64,000 nt of DNA, from assembly GCF_003334815.1 (NCBI RefSeq), contig NZ_QOWO01000025.1. One strand, 5' to 3'. A model generated the notes under the pieces. That model was given only the letters and a program-made list of their open reading frames with translations, had not been told where the DNA came from and ran no database searches. The stretch comes from Escherichia coli. GTDB lineage: Bacteria > Pseudomonadota > Gammaproteobacteria > Enterobacterales > Enterobacteriaceae. Shown here piece by piece: positions 20,669-32,959 of the stretch; within the stretch, counting starts at the first letter, position 1, and every line of letters begins with the position of its first letter. Position numbers and translations under genes: made by a program.

Positions 20669-22615
20669 TTACTTTTTGATTTCATACAGCGGTGTTTGAC
20701 CCGCCACAACATGGCCCTGAGCTTTAATGATCAAGCCACTGAAATCGTCGATATTGCTGCAAACCACCGGGCTAATCATCGAGCGGGCGTTAGCGTTCAG
20801 GTAATCCAGATCCATTTCCAGAATCGGTTGCCCTGCGCTTACCTGCGCACCCTCTTCCACCAGACGTTTAAAGCCTTTACCTTCCAGCGCTACGGTGTCG
20901 ATACCCATATGGACGACGATCTCCGCGCCTTTTTCGGTTTCCAGGCAGAACGCGTGGTTGGTGTTGAAGATTTTCACGATTGTCCCTGCGGCTGGTGATA
21001 CGACGATTTTATCTGTCGGTTTCACCGCCACACCGTCACCCACCGCTTTGCTGGCGAATGCTTCGTCAGGAACCTGATCCAGTGCCACGACATCACCGGT
21101 AATCGGCGATACCAGCTCCGCGATAGATACCGCGTTTGGTACAGCCTGCGGTTTTGCTACAGGCGCGGCAGTTGCCGGAGTTGCTTCAGCTGACGCAGCG
21201 GCTACCGGACCACGGGCAACGACTTTCTTCATCGCATCGCCGATGGATTCTGCTTTCGCGCCAACAATCACCTGAATAGTCTGTTTGTTCAGTTTCACTA
21301 CCCCAGAAGCACCCAGACGTTTACACATCGTATCGTTAACGCGGGCAGAGTCAGCCACTGTAAGGCGCAGACGGGTGATACAGGCGTCAATCGCTTTCAG
21401 GTTGTCAGTGCCGCCAACCGCAGCAATATAGTTGGTTGCCAGTTGAGTCAGACCTTCTTCAGTGTTGCTGTTGGCTTCTTCAGTAACGATCTCGTCTTCT
21501 TTATCTTCACGACCCGGCGTTTTCAGGTTGAACATGCGGATAACCAAACTGAACACCACGAAGTAGATAGCGAAGAAGATAACGCCCATCACCAGCAGCA
21601 TCCAGACGTTCTGGCTGGCGGCCGGCAGGTTATACATCAACGCGTAGTCGATAGCCCCCGCAGAGAAAGAGAAGCCCGCGTGGATACCCAGCAGCGTTGC
21701 CACAAACAGGCTGATACCGGTCAGCAGTGCGTGCAGGAGGTACAGCAGCGGAGCAAGGAACATGAACAGGAATTCCAGCGGCTCAGTCACACCGGTCAGG
21801 AACGCAGTAACAGCAACAGAAAGCAGCATACCGCCAACCATCGGACGACGCTCTTTCGGTGCTGCGAAGTACATCGCCAGCGCCGCACCCGGCAGACCGA
21901 ACATCATGATCGGGAAGAAGCCGGACATGAACATCCCCGCGGTGCCGTCACCGGCATAGAAGCGGTTAATGTCACCGTGGAAAACCGTACCCGCCGCGTT
22001 GGTGAATTCACCAATCTGGAACCAGGCGATGGTGTTCAGTACCTGATGCAGACCGGTTGGGATCAGCAGACGGTTGATGAAACCAAAGATACCGGAACCC
22101 AGCGCGCCCGCAGAAACGATCCACTCGCCGCCTGCATGGATAGCGTGCTGTACCGGCGGCCAGACGTAACCAAAAATGGCCGCCAGCACCAGGCAGAAGA
22201 ATCCGGTGGCAATCGGCACAAAGCGTTTGCCGCCGAAGAAGCTCAGGAAGTCCGGCAGTTTAATATCGGACCAACGGTTATAGGCTGCGCCACCAACCAG
22301 ACCGGTAATGATACCCGCCAGTACACCCATGTTAATTTCTGGGTTGATGGTCACCATCGCTTTGGTTAACACAAAGTAACCTACCGCACCCGCCAGCGCC
22401 GCCGCACCAGCGCTGTCTTTCGACCAGCTGGATGCCACACCGATGGCGAAGATTAATGCGAGGTTATCAAAAATCGCACCGCCCGCCTGGGCAATAAACG
22501 CAACGTTAAGTAAATCTGGCTGACCGAATCGCAGCAACAGTGCCGCCACCGGCAGCACCGCGATAGGGAGCTGTAACGCCCTACCGAGTCGCTGGAAAAA
22601 ACCTAAAATATTCAT
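20669..22615 (-). CDS. nagE: PTS N-acetylglucosamine-specific EIICBA (648 aa)
   Basis: ORF MNILGFFQRLGRALQLPIAVLP; EIIC membrane domain, EIIB cysteine region, C-terminal EIIA. Confidence 0.95.
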   Translation of the reverse strand: MNILGFFQRLGRALQLPIAVLPVAALLLRFGQPDLLNVAFIAQAGGAIFDNLALIFAIGVASSWSKDSAGAAALAGAVGYFVLTKAMVTINPEINMGVLAGIITGLVGGAAYNRWSDIKLPDFLSFFGGKRFVPIATGFFCLVLAAIFGYVWPPVQHAIHAGGEWIVSAGALGSGIFGFINRLLIPTGLHQVLNTIAWFQIGEFTNAAGTVFHGDINRFYAGDGTAGMFMSGFFPIMMFGLPGAALAMYFAAPKERRPMVGGMLLSVAVTAFLTGVTEPLEFLFMFLAPLLYLLHALLTGISLFVATLLGIHAGFSFSAGAIDYALMYNLPAASQNVWMLLVMGVIFFAIYFVVFSLVIRMFNLKTPGREDKEDEIVTEEANSNTEEGLTQLATNYIAAVGGTDNLKAIDACITRLRLTVADSARVNDTMCKRLGASGVVKLNKQTIQVIVGAKAESIGDAMKKVVARGPVAAASAEATPATAAPVAKPQAVPNAVSIAELVSPITGDVVALDQVPDEAFASKAVGDGVAVKPTDKIVVSPAAGTIVKIFNTNHAFCLETEKGAEIVVHMGIDTVALEGKGFKRLVEEGAQVSAGQPILEMDLDYLNANARSMISPVVCSNIDDFSGLIIKAQGHVVAGQTPLYEIKK

Positions 22616-22947
22616 CTTATTCCCCCTACGAGAACCCTATTTGGCTCGTTTCAAGCCGTATTTTTATTTTGCTGCAAATTGTACTGCCGATGTTCTGTAA
22701 TCAGATTGTTAGATCATCTGCTACAGAGTGTGTGAAAATTTAATTCGTATCGCAAATTAAACGCGTGTCTTTTGTGAGTTTTGTCACCAAATATCGTTAT
22801 CATCACTCCCTTTTACTGGCTAAACCAGAAAACTTATTTTATCATTCAAAAAATCAGGTCGGATTGACGCCTGTCTGCGCAAATCCAGGTTACGCTTAAA
22901 GATGCCTAATCCGCCAACGGCTTACATTTTACTTATTGAGGTGAATA
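22616..22947. promoter_or_regulatory. Divergent nagE / nagBACD control region
   Basis: AT-rich 330-bp intergenic region between divergent nagE and nagB; NagC/CRP operators expected here from established knowledge, individual sites not mapped. Confidence 0.5.
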
Positions 22948-24956
<2,009 letters not shown>

Positions 24957-24964
24957 GAGAAAGT

Positions 24965-26185
24965 ATGACACCAGGCGGACAAGCTCAGATAGGTAATGTT
25001 GATCTCGTAAAACAGCTTAACAGCGCGGCGGTTTATCGCCTGATTGACCAGTACGGGCCAATCTCGCGGATTCAGATTGCCGAGCAAAGCCAGCTTGCCC
25101 CCGCCAGCGTAACCAAAATTACGCGTCAGCTTATCGAACGCGGGCTGATCAAAGAAGTTGATCAGCAGGCCTCCACCGGGGGCCGCCGCGCTATCTCCAT
25201 CGTCACCGAAACCCGCAATTTCCACGCAATCGGCGTACGGCTTGGTCGTCATGACGCCACCATCACTCTGTTTGATCTCAGCAGCAAAGTGCTGGCAGAA
25301 GAACATTACCCGCTGCCGGAACGTACCCAGCAAACGCTGGAACATGCCCTGTTGAATGCCATTGCTCAGTTTATTGATAGCTACCAGCGCAAACTGCGCG
25401 AGCTGATCGCGATTTCGGTGATCCTGCCAGGGCTTGTTGACCCGGACAGCGGCAAAATTCATTACATGCCGCATATTCAGGTAGAAAACTGGGGGCTGGT
25501 AGAAGCTCTGGAAGAACGTTTTAAAGTGACCTGTTTCGTTGGTCACGATATCCGTAGTCTGGCGCTGGCGGAGCACTACTTCGGTGCAAGTCAGGATTGC
25601 GAAGACTCCATTCTGGTGCGTGTCCATCGCGGAACCGGGGCCGGGATTATCTCTAACGGGCGCATTTTTATTGGCCGCAACGGCAACGTCGGTGAAATTG
25701 GCCATATTCAGGTCGAACCGCTGGGTGAACGCTGCCACTGCGGCAACTTTGGCTGCCTGGAAACTATCGCTGCCAACGCTGCCATTGAACAACGGGTGTT
25801 GAATCTGTTAAAGCAGGGCTACCAGAGCCGCGTGCCGCTGGACGACTGCACCATCAAAACTATCTGCAAAGCCGCGAACAAAGGCGATAGTCTGGCGTCG
25901 GAAGTAATTGAGTATGTCGGTCGTCATCTGGGTAAAACCATCGCCATTGCTATCAACTTATTTAATCCGCAAAAAATTGTTATTGCCGGTGAAATCACCG
26001 AAGCCGATAAAGTGCTGCTCCCTGCTATTGAAAGCTGCATTAATACCCAGGCGCTGAAGGCGTTTCGCACTAATCTGCCGGTGGTACGTTCTGAGCTGGA
26101 TCACCGCTCGGCAATCGGCGCTTTTGCGCTGGTAAAACGCGCCATGCTCAACGGTATTTTGCTCCAGCATTTGCTGGAAAATTAA
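24965..26185 (+). CDS. nagC: ROK-family transcriptional repressor NagC (406 aa)
   Basis: ORF with N-terminal HTH and ROK sugar-kinase-like domain (CHCGNFGCLE zinc motif). Confidence 0.95.
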   Translation: MTPGGQAQIGNVDLVKQLNSAAVYRLIDQYGPISRIQIAEQSQLAPASVTKITRQLIERGLIKEVDQQASTGGRRAISIVTETRNFHAIGVRLGRHDATITLFDLSSKVLAEEHYPLPERTQQTLEHALLNAIAQFIDSYQRKLRELIAISVILPGLVDPDSGKIHYMPHIQVENWGLVEALEERFKVTCFVGHDIRSLALAEHYFGASQDCEDSILVRVHRGTGAGIISNGRIFIGRNGNVGEIGHIQVEPLGERCHCGNFGCLETIAANAAIEQRVLNLLKQGYQSRVPLDDCTIKTICKAANKGDSLASEVIEYVGRHLGKTIAIAINLFNPQKIVIAGEITEADKVLLPAIESCINTQALKAFRTNLPVVRSELDHRSAIGAFALVKRAMLNGILLQHLLEN

Positions 26186-26232
26186 TGTGCTTTTATAGTG
26201 GCGCTTATTGTTGTCAATATTCTGGGTAGTCC

Positions 26233-26985
26233 ATGACCATTAAAAATGTAATTTGCGATATCGACGGCGTGCTGATGCACGATAACGTCGCCGTACCGGG
26301 TGCAGCGGAATTTTTGCACGGGATTATGGATAAAGGCCTGCCGCTGGTGTTGCTGACCAACTATCCTTCGCAGACTGGGCAAGATCTGGCGAACCGCTTT
26401 GCCACCGCAGGTGTCGATGTACCTGACAGCGTGTTTTATACCTCTGCGATGGCGACTGCCGATTTCCTGCGTCGCCAGGAAGGCAAGAAAGCGTATGTGG
26501 TGGGCGAAGGCGCACTGATTCATGAACTGTACAAAGCCGGTTTCACTATTACCGATGTGAACCCTGATTTCGTGATTGTTGGCGAAACGCGTTCCTACAA
26601 CTGGGACATGATGCATAAAGCAGCCTATTTCGTCGCTAACGGTGCACGTTTTATCGCCACCAATCCGGACACCCACGGGCGCGGTTTTTATCCCGCTTGT
26701 GGCGCGTTGTGTGCAGGGATTGAGAAAATCTCCGGGCGCAAACCGTTCTATGTTGGTAAGCCCAGCCCGTGGATCATCCGCGCAGCATTAAACAAAATGC
26801 AGGCGCATTCGGAAGAAACGGTGATTGTCGGCGATAACCTGCGTACCGATATTCTGGCCGGCTTCCAGGCAGGTCTGGAGACGATTCTGGTGCTTTCTGG
26901 TGTTTCGTCGCTCGACGATATCGACAGTATGCCTTTCCGCCCCAGCTGGATTTACCCGTCAGTCGCTGAAATCGACGTTATCTGA
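26233..26985 (+). CDS. nagD: HAD-family UMP phosphatase NagD/UmpH (250 aa)
   Basis: ORF MTIKNVICDIDGVLMHDN with HAD DxDG motif. Confidence 0.93.
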   Translation: MTIKNVICDIDGVLMHDNVAVPGAAEFLHGIMDKGLPLVLLTNYPSQTGQDLANRFATAGVDVPDSVFYTSAMATADFLRRQEGKKAYVVGEGALIHELYKAGFTITDVNPDFVIVGETRSYNWDMMHKAAYFVANGARFIATNPDTHGRGFYPACGALCAGIEKISGRKPFYVGKPSPWIIRAALNKMQAHSEETVIVGDNLRTDILAGFQAGLETILVLSGVSSLDDIDSMPFRPSWIYPSVAEIDVI

Positions 26986-26990
26986 ATAGC

Positions 26991-27012
26991 AACCACGTCT
27001 GCGGACGTGGTT
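26991..27012 (+). terminator. Hairpin terminator after nagD
   Basis: aaccacgtc-tgcg-gacgtggtt perfect inverted repeat. Confidence 0.5.
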
Positions 27013-27036
27013 GGCTCTGATGACAAACGCCAAACT

Positions 27037-27135
27037 GCCTGATGCGCTACGCTTATCAGGCCTACGCAGCTCCTGCAATATATTGAATTTTCATGCTTTT
27101 GTAGGCCGGATAAGGCGTTCACGCCGCATCCGGCA
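27037..27135. repeat. REP/BIME element (two inverted REP units)
   Basis: gcctgatgcgctacgcttatcaggcctac ... gtaggccggataaggcgttcacgccgcatccggca. Confidence 0.85.
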
Positions 27136-27381
27136 TGAACAAATCGCACTTTGTCAGCAATTTGGCCCCCGTAAAATATAAACATTCAATAAAACCCGCT
27201 AAAAATTATCGATTCATCAATAAATATATCCTCACACCAGACCTTTTTTCACCAATCGACAATCACCATTACGTTTTTTATTTTTTCACCGCCAAATCGC
27301 TTGCGCACAGTGCTGCTTTGCGGCATTTTTTTAAACAAGCAAACACAACAAGCAACAAATACCAGGTTAACGGAGAAGGTT

Positions 27382-29046
27382 ATGTGTTCAATTTTTGGCG
27401 TATTCGATATCAAAACAGACGCAGTTGAGCTGCGTAAGAAAGCCCTCGAGCTGTCACGCCTGATGCGTCATCGTGGCCCGGACTGGTCCGGTATTTATGC
27501 CAGCGATAACGCCATTCTCGCCCACGAACGTCTGTCAATTGTTGACGTTAACGCGGGGGCGCAACCTCTCTACAACCAACAAAAAACCCACGTACTGGCG
27601 GTAAACGGTGAAATCTACAACCACCAGGCATTGCGCGCCGAATATGGCGATCGTTACCAGTTCCAGACCGGGTCTGACTGTGAAGTGATCCTCGCGCTGT
27701 ATCAGGAAAAAGGGCCGGAATTTCTCGACGACTTGCAGGGCATGTTTGCCTTTGCACTGTACGACAGCGAAAAAGATGCCTACCTGATTGGTCGCGACCA
27801 TCTGGGGATCATCCCACTGTATATGGGGTATGACGAACACGGTCAGCTGTATGTGGCCTCAGAAATGAAAGCGCTGGTGCCAGTTTGCCGCACGATTAAA
27901 GAGTTCCCGGCGGGGAGCTATTTGTGGAGCCAGGACGGCGAAATCCGTTCTTACTATCATCGCGACTGGTTCGACTACGATGCGGTGAAAGATAACGTGA
28001 CCGACAAAAACGAGCTGCGTCAGGCACTGGAAGATTCAGTTAAAAGCCATCTGATGTCTGATGTGCCTTACGGTGTGCTGCTTTCTGGTGGTCTGGATTC
28101 CTCAATTATTTCCGCTATCACCAAGAAATACGCAGCCCGTCGCGTGGAAGATCAGGAACGCTCTGAAGCCTGGTGGCCGCAGTTACACTCCTTTGCTGTA
28201 GGTCTGCCGGGTTCACCGGATCTGAAAGCAGCCCAGGAAGTGGCAAACCATCTGGGCACGGTGCATCACGAAATTCACTTCACTGTACAGGAAGGTCTGG
28301 ATGCCATCCGCGACGTGATTTACCACATCGAAACTTATGATGTGACCACTATTCGCGCTTCAACACCGATGTATTTAATGTCGCGTAAGATCAAGGCGAT
28401 GGGCATTAAAATGGTGCTGTCCGGTGAAGGTTCTGATGAAGTGTTCGGCGGTTATCTTTACTTCCACAAAGCACCGAATGCCAAAGAACTGCATGAAGAG
28501 ACGGTGCGTAAACTGCTGGCCCTGCATATGTATGACTGCGCGCGTGCCAACAAAGCGATGTCAGCCTGGGGCGTGGAAGCACGCGTTCCGTTCCTCGACA
28601 AAAAATTCCTTGATGTGGCGATGCGTATTAACCCACAGGATAAAATGTGCGGTAACGGCAAAATGGAAAAACACATCCTGCGTGAATGTTTTGAAGCGTA
28701 TCTGCCTGCAAGCGTGGCCTGGCGGCAGAAAGAGCAGTTCTCCGATGGCGTCGGTTACAGTTGGATCGACACCCTGAAAGAAGTGGCTGCGCAGCAGGTT
28801 TCTGATCAGCAACTGGAAACTGCCCGCTTCCGCTTCCCGTACAACACGCCAACCTCTAAAGAAGCGTACTTGTATCGGGAGATCTTTGAAGAACTATTCC
28901 CGCTTCCGAGCGCCGCTGAGTGCGTGCCGGGCGGTCCTTCCGTCGCTTGTTCTTCCGCTAAAGCGATCGAATGGGATGAAGCGTTCAAGAAAATGGACGA
29001 TCCGTCTGGTCGCGCGGTTGGTGTTCACCAGTCGGCGTATAAGTAA
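27382..29046 (+). CDS. asnB: Asparagine synthetase B, glutamine-hydrolysing (554 aa)
   Basis: ORF 27301..29046 trimmed to MCSIFGVFDIK (N-terminal Cys nucleophile after Met); SGGLDSS PP-loop. Confidence 0.95.
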   Translation: MCSIFGVFDIKTDAVELRKKALELSRLMRHRGPDWSGIYASDNAILAHERLSIVDVNAGAQPLYNQQKTHVLAVNGEIYNHQALRAEYGDRYQFQTGSDCEVILALYQEKGPEFLDDLQGMFAFALYDSEKDAYLIGRDHLGIIPLYMGYDEHGQLYVASEMKALVPVCRTIKEFPAGSYLWSQDGEIRSYYHRDWFDYDAVKDNVTDKNELRQALEDSVKSHLMSDVPYGVLLSGGLDSSIISAITKKYAARRVEDQERSEAWWPQLHSFAVGLPGSPDLKAAQEVANHLGTVHHEIHFTVQEGLDAIRDVIYHIETYDVTTIRASTPMYLMSRKIKAMGIKMVLSGEGSDEVFGGYLYFHKAPNAKELHEETVRKLLALHMYDCARANKAMSAWGVEARVPFLDKKFLDVAMRINPQDKMCGNGKMEKHILRECFEAYLPASVAWRQKEQFSDGVGYSWIDTLKEVAAQQVSDQQLETARFRFPYNTPTSKEAYLYREIFEELFPLPSAAECVPGGPSVACSSAKAIEWDEAFKKMDDPSGRAVGVHQSAYK

Positions 29047-29053
29047 GAAATGC

Positions 29054-29086
29054 GAAACAGCCCCGGTGAAATCCGGGGCTGTTTCA
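29054..29086 (+). terminator. Rho-independent terminator after asnB
   Basis: gaaacagccccgg-tgaaat-ccggggctgtttc hairpin. Confidence 0.7.
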
Positions 29087-29356
29087 GTTATTGAGGTGCT
29101 TGTTGATTCTGATATGCAGTAAGGAAATGTTCCGGGTTTGCCACATCACTGTTTGACAACTCATCACTGTAGGCCAGTATTTCATAGATTAATTTCCCAC
29201 CACTATTGTTAAATTCCGAATTTCATCCTGTATGACAAAAGAATGGCTGTAGGGTGGGAAAAAACACAAAGTAAACAATAATTGACGAATATAGCGCCAC
29301 GCTGTTCGCAACCTAACCAAACAGTCACTTTCGAGCAATTTTCCTTGAAAAAGAGG

Positions 29357-29385
29357 TTGACGCTGCAAGGCTCTATACGCATAAT
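29357..29385 (+). promoter_or_regulatory. Putative sigma70 promoter of the tRNA operon with GC-rich discriminator
   Basis: TTGACG -35, 17-bp spacer, CATAAT -10, followed by gcgccccgc discriminator typical of stringently controlled stable-RNA promoters; about 40 nt upstream of first tRNA. Confidence 0.5.
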
Positions 29386-29425
29386 GCGCCCCGCAACGCC
29401 GATAAGGTATCGCGAAAAAAAAGAT

Positions 29426-29502
29426 GGCTACGTAGCTCAGTTGGTTAGAGCACATCACTCATAATGATGGGGTCACAGGTTCGAATCCCGTCGTAGCCAC
29501 CA
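29426..29502 (+). tRNA. metT: tRNA-Met (elongator, anticodon CAU)
   Basis: GGCTACGTAGCTCAGTTGGTTAGAGC ... GTCGTAGCCACCA; cloverleaf with CAT anticodon and encoded CCA. Confidence 0.93.
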
Positions 29503-29511
29503 TCTTTTTTT

Positions 29512-29596
29512 GCGGGAGTGGCGAAATTGGTAGACGCACCAGATTTAGGTTCTGGCGCCGCAAGGTGTGCGAGTTCAAGTCTCGCCTCCCGCACCA
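29512..29596 (+). tRNA. leuW: tRNA-Leu (anticodon UAG), long variable arm
   Basis: GCGGGAGTGGCGAAATTGGTAGACGC ... CTCGCCTCCCGCACCA; 85 nt with variable arm. Confidence 0.92.
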
Positions 29597-29619
29597 TTCA
29601 CCAGAAAGCGTTGTACGGA

Positions 29620-29694
29620 TGGGGTATCGCCAAGCGGTAAGGCACCGGTTTTTGATACCGGCATTCCCTGGTTCGAATCCAGGTACCCCAGCCA
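29620..29694 (+). tRNA. glnU: tRNA-Gln (anticodon UUG)
   Basis: TGGGGTATCGCCAAGCGGTAAGGCACCGGTTTTTGATACCGG...CCCCAGCCA. Confidence 0.92.
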
Positions 29695-29709
29695 TCGAAG
29701 AAACAATCT

Positions 29710-29786
29710 GGCTACGTAGCTCAGTTGGTTAGAGCACATCACTCATAATGATGGGGTCACAGGTTCGAATCCCGTCGTAGCCACCA
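29710..29786 (+). tRNA. metU: tRNA-Met (elongator, anticodon CAU), second copy
   Basis: Identical to 29426..29502. Confidence 0.93.
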
Positions 29787-29833
29787 AATTCTGAATGTGT
29801 CGAATATGTTCGGCAAATTCAAAACCAATTTGT

Positions 29834-29908
29834 TGGGGTATCGCCAAGCGGTAAGGCACCGGATTCTGATTCCGGCATTCCGAGGTTCGAATCCTCGTAC
29901 CCCAGCCA
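29834..29908 (+). tRNA. glnV: tRNA-Gln (anticodon CUG)
   Basis: TGGGGTATCGCCAAGCGGTAAGGCACCGGATTCTGATTCCGG...CCCCAGCCA; anticodon CTG is wild type, not the supE CTA allele. Confidence 0.92.
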
Positions 29909-29912
29909 CATT

Positions 29913-29939
29913 AAAAAAGCTCGCTTCGGCGAGCTTTTT
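29913..29939 (+). terminator. Rho-independent terminator of tRNA operon
   Basis: aaaaaagctcgc-ttcg-gcgagcttttt. Confidence 0.75.
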
Positions 29940-29959
29940 GCTTTTCTGCGTTCATTCAA

Positions 29960-30052
29960 TGTCGAATGCGATGTTGACACGTCTTATCCTTCAATGTCGG
30001 ATGCGACGCTGCCGCGTCTTATCCGACCTACGGTTGGCACGCATCCGGCAAT
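29960..30052. repeat. REP-like palindromic units
   Basis: gtcggatgcgacgctgccgcgtcttatccgacctac and related half-sites. Confidence 0.7.
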
Positions 30053-30061
30053 GTTGTAAGG

Positions 30062-31237
30062 CTACAACCCTAACGCATATTTCAGCGCCTGACGTTTCAA
30101 CACGCCAGCACGCTCCGCCGCCATTAACCCGAGATTACGCATAAAACGCAGTGGTGGCAGATTATTGCTGAATCCGGCATAAAACAGATCCATACCGCTT
30201 TGCATAATGAAGTTATCCGCCATGCGCCGCATCTGGTAACGCTTGAGGACAGGATAACTGGCCCACGCTTCGCCGTAGCTGCGGGCGTTGACCAGAACAT
30301 CAATCAGGGCATCGACATCACGATAACCAAGATTCACTCCCTGCCCCGCCAGCGGATGGATGGTATGCGCGGCATCGCCCACCAGCGCAAGCCCTGGCTG
30401 CACGTACTGCAACGCATGGCGACGCGTCAGCGGAAACGCACCAGCGGCAAGCGGTGTAACGTAACCCAGACGCGACGGGAAATGCTTCGCGATTTCCGCC
30501 TGGAGCTGTGCCATATTCATATTCTGCAACTGGCGAATACGCGCCGGAGAGTCATACCACACCAGCGATGCCCAGTTATCAAACAACGGCAGAAACGCAC
30601 GCGGTCCGTCCGGAGTAAATTGCTGCCAGGTGCTGTCGCCGGGATCGTTCTCGCACTGGACGCTAATCAACATGCACGACTGCGCATACTGCCATGCATG
30701 AACGCCAATTCCCGCCATCTGCCGCACCTGCGAATTTGCGCCGTCGGCACCAATCACCAGCTTCGCGCGAATCACTTCACCGCCTTTCAGCTCCAGCTCC
30801 TGAAGATCATCATGGCGATGCAGCGCAATCAGCGAGCCTGGCACACGTAACGTTACTTTCGGATGCGCTTCCAGCGCCTGCCACAACGCCTGTTGCAGGA
30901 CAGTGTTTTCCACCATATAGCCAAGCAGCGGTAGCTTAAGTTCAGCGGCGTCAAACACCACATGCGCCGTTTCCCACTCCCACGTTTCCAGTCTGCGGTA
31001 AGGATGGCAACGCATAGCCTGTACTGCATCCCAGACCCCTAACCCTTTAAGCAATGATACCGAAGCCGCGCTGATCGCCGAGATCCGCACGTCCGGTTGG
31101 CTATCAGCGACAAACGGCGCTGGTTCTGCGTGCTCGATCACCGTTACCGCAAATCCGTGCTGTGCCAGCCCCAGCGCCAGTGCGCCGCCGACCATTCCTC
31201 CGCCGACAATGGCAATTTCCGTTGGTTGATTTGTCAT
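30062..31237 (-). CDS. ubiF: FAD-dependent 2-octaprenyl-3-methyl-6-methoxy-1,4-benzoquinol hydroxylase (391 aa)
   Basis: ORF 30062..31243 trimmed to MTNQPTEIAIVGGGMVGGALALGL (GxGxxG FAD fingerprint). Confidence 0.93.
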   Translation of the reverse strand: MTNQPTEIAIVGGGMVGGALALGLAQHGFAVTVIEHAEPAPFVADSQPDVRISAISAASVSLLKGLGVWDAVQAMRCHPYRRLETWEWETAHVVFDAAELKLPLLGYMVENTVLQQALWQALEAHPKVTLRVPGSLIALHRHDDLQELELKGGEVIRAKLVIGADGANSQVRQMAGIGVHAWQYAQSCMLISVQCENDPGDSTWQQFTPDGPRAFLPLFDNWASLVWYDSPARIRQLQNMNMAQLQAEIAKHFPSRLGYVTPLAAGAFPLTRRHALQYVQPGLALVGDAAHTIHPLAGQGVNLGYRDVDALIDVLVNARSYGEAWASYPVLKRYQMRRMADNFIMQSGMDLFYAGFSNNLPPLRFMRNLGLMAAERAGVLKRQALKYALGL

Positions 31238-31382
31238 GGTCAATCATCCTGTTAGCAATATGCTTTAAGTTTACAGGATTTTTACCCCTAAGGGCTGATA
31301 ACGCTCATACTGGTCACAACGGCAGCAAAGCATTACACTATGCGCCCTGCATTCCTGGCTACTATTTCGCAAGAGCAAGTCG

Positions 31383-32807
31383 ATGACCAAAAAACTCCAT
31401 ATTAAAACCTGGGGCTGTCAGATGAACGAGTACGATTCATCGAAGATGGCCGATCTGCTGGATGCCACCCACGGCTATCAACTGACCGACGTGGCGGAAG
31501 AAGCGGATGTGCTGCTGCTGAACACCTGCTCAATCCGCGAGAAGGCTCAGGAAAAAGTCTTCCATCAGTTGGGTCGCTGGAAACTGTTAAAAGAGAAGAA
31601 TCCAGACCTGATTATCGGCGTCGGTGGCTGCGTGGCATCGCAAGAAGGCGAGCACATTCGCCAGCGCGCCCACTATGTCGATATTATTTTTGGGCCGCAA
31701 ACGCTGCACCGTCTGCCGGAGATGATCAACTCCGTGCGTGGCGACCGCAGCCCGGTTGTAGATATCAGCTTCCCGGAAATCGAGAAGTTTGACCGTCTAC
31801 CGGAACCGCGCGCCGAAGGGCCGACCGCGTTTGTCTCCATCATGGAAGGCTGCAATAAATATTGCACCTACTGCGTGGTGCCTTACACCCGTGGTGAAGA
31901 GGTAAGCCGTCCGTCCGACGATATTCTGTTTGAGATTGCCCAGCTTGCGGCTCAGGGCGTGCGTGAAGTCAACCTGCTCGGTCAGAACGTGAACGCCTGG
32001 CGTGGTGAAAACTACGACGGCACCACCGGATCGTTTGCCGATCTGCTGCGTCTGGTTGCTGCGATCGACGGGATCGATCGTATTCGCTTTACCACCAGCC
32101 ATCCGATCGAATTCACCGACGATATCATCGAAGTGTATCGCGACACGCCGGAGCTGGTGAGCTTCCTGCATCTGCCGGTACAGAGCGGTTCCGATCGCAT
32201 TCTGAACCTGATGGGCCGTACCCATACGGCGCTGGAGTACAAAGCGATCATCCGTAAACTGCGTGCGGCGCGTCCAGATATTCAGATCAGTTCTGATTTC
32301 ATCGTTGGCTTCCCTGGCGAAACCACCGAAGACTTCGAGAAAACGATGAAGCTGATTGCCGACGTCAATTTCGACATGAGCTACAGCTTTATCTTCTCTG
32401 CACGTCCGGGTACACCAGCCGCCGATATGGTTGATGATGTTCCGGAAGAAGAGAAGAAGCAGCGTCTGTATATTCTGCAAGAGCGCATTAATCAGCAAGC
32501 GATGGCGTGGAGCCGCCGGATGCTCGGCACCACCCAGCGTATTCTGGTAGAAGGTACATCGCGTAAGAGCATCATGGAGCTTTCCGGGCGTACGGAAAAT
32601 AACCGCGTGGTCAACTTCGAAGGCACGCCGGATATGATCGGTAAATTCGTCGATGTAGAAATTACCGACGTCTACCCGAACTCTCTGCGCGGTAAAGTGG
32701 TGCGTACTGAAGATGAAATGGGTCTGCGCGTGGCAGAAACACCGGAATCAGTGATTGCCCGTACCCGCAAAGAAAACGACCTTGGCGTGGGTTATTATCA
32801 GCCGTAA
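31383..32807 (+). CDS. miaB: tRNA-i6A37 methylthiotransferase, radical SAM (474 aa)
   Basis: [22 protein letters not shown]; CxxxCxxC radical-SAM motif (CNKYCTYC). Confidence 0.95.
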
Positions 32808-32959
32808 TTCTCAGGCCTGCCGTTCCGGTGGGCCTTGTTTTTTCTCTCTTTATCCCCATCTTTATTGCAATGCTTGCGCCTTTTTCCTGTGGCGTGAATA
32901 ATTTCCTTATAGGCCGGTGAATGTTCAGCTTCCGGCGGCATACAGATAAGAGGAACGGT

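Noticed and set aside
21443-22369. 308-aa plus-strand ORF overlapping nagE
   Set aside because: Antisense to the PTS EIICBA gene; highly biased composition (R/H/Q/E-rich), no start context
29400-30062. Possible integrative element or prophage at the tRNA cluster
   Set aside because: No integrase, direct repeat of a tRNA 3' end, or foreign-composition DNA; the tRNAs are followed directly by a terminator, REP units and ubiF
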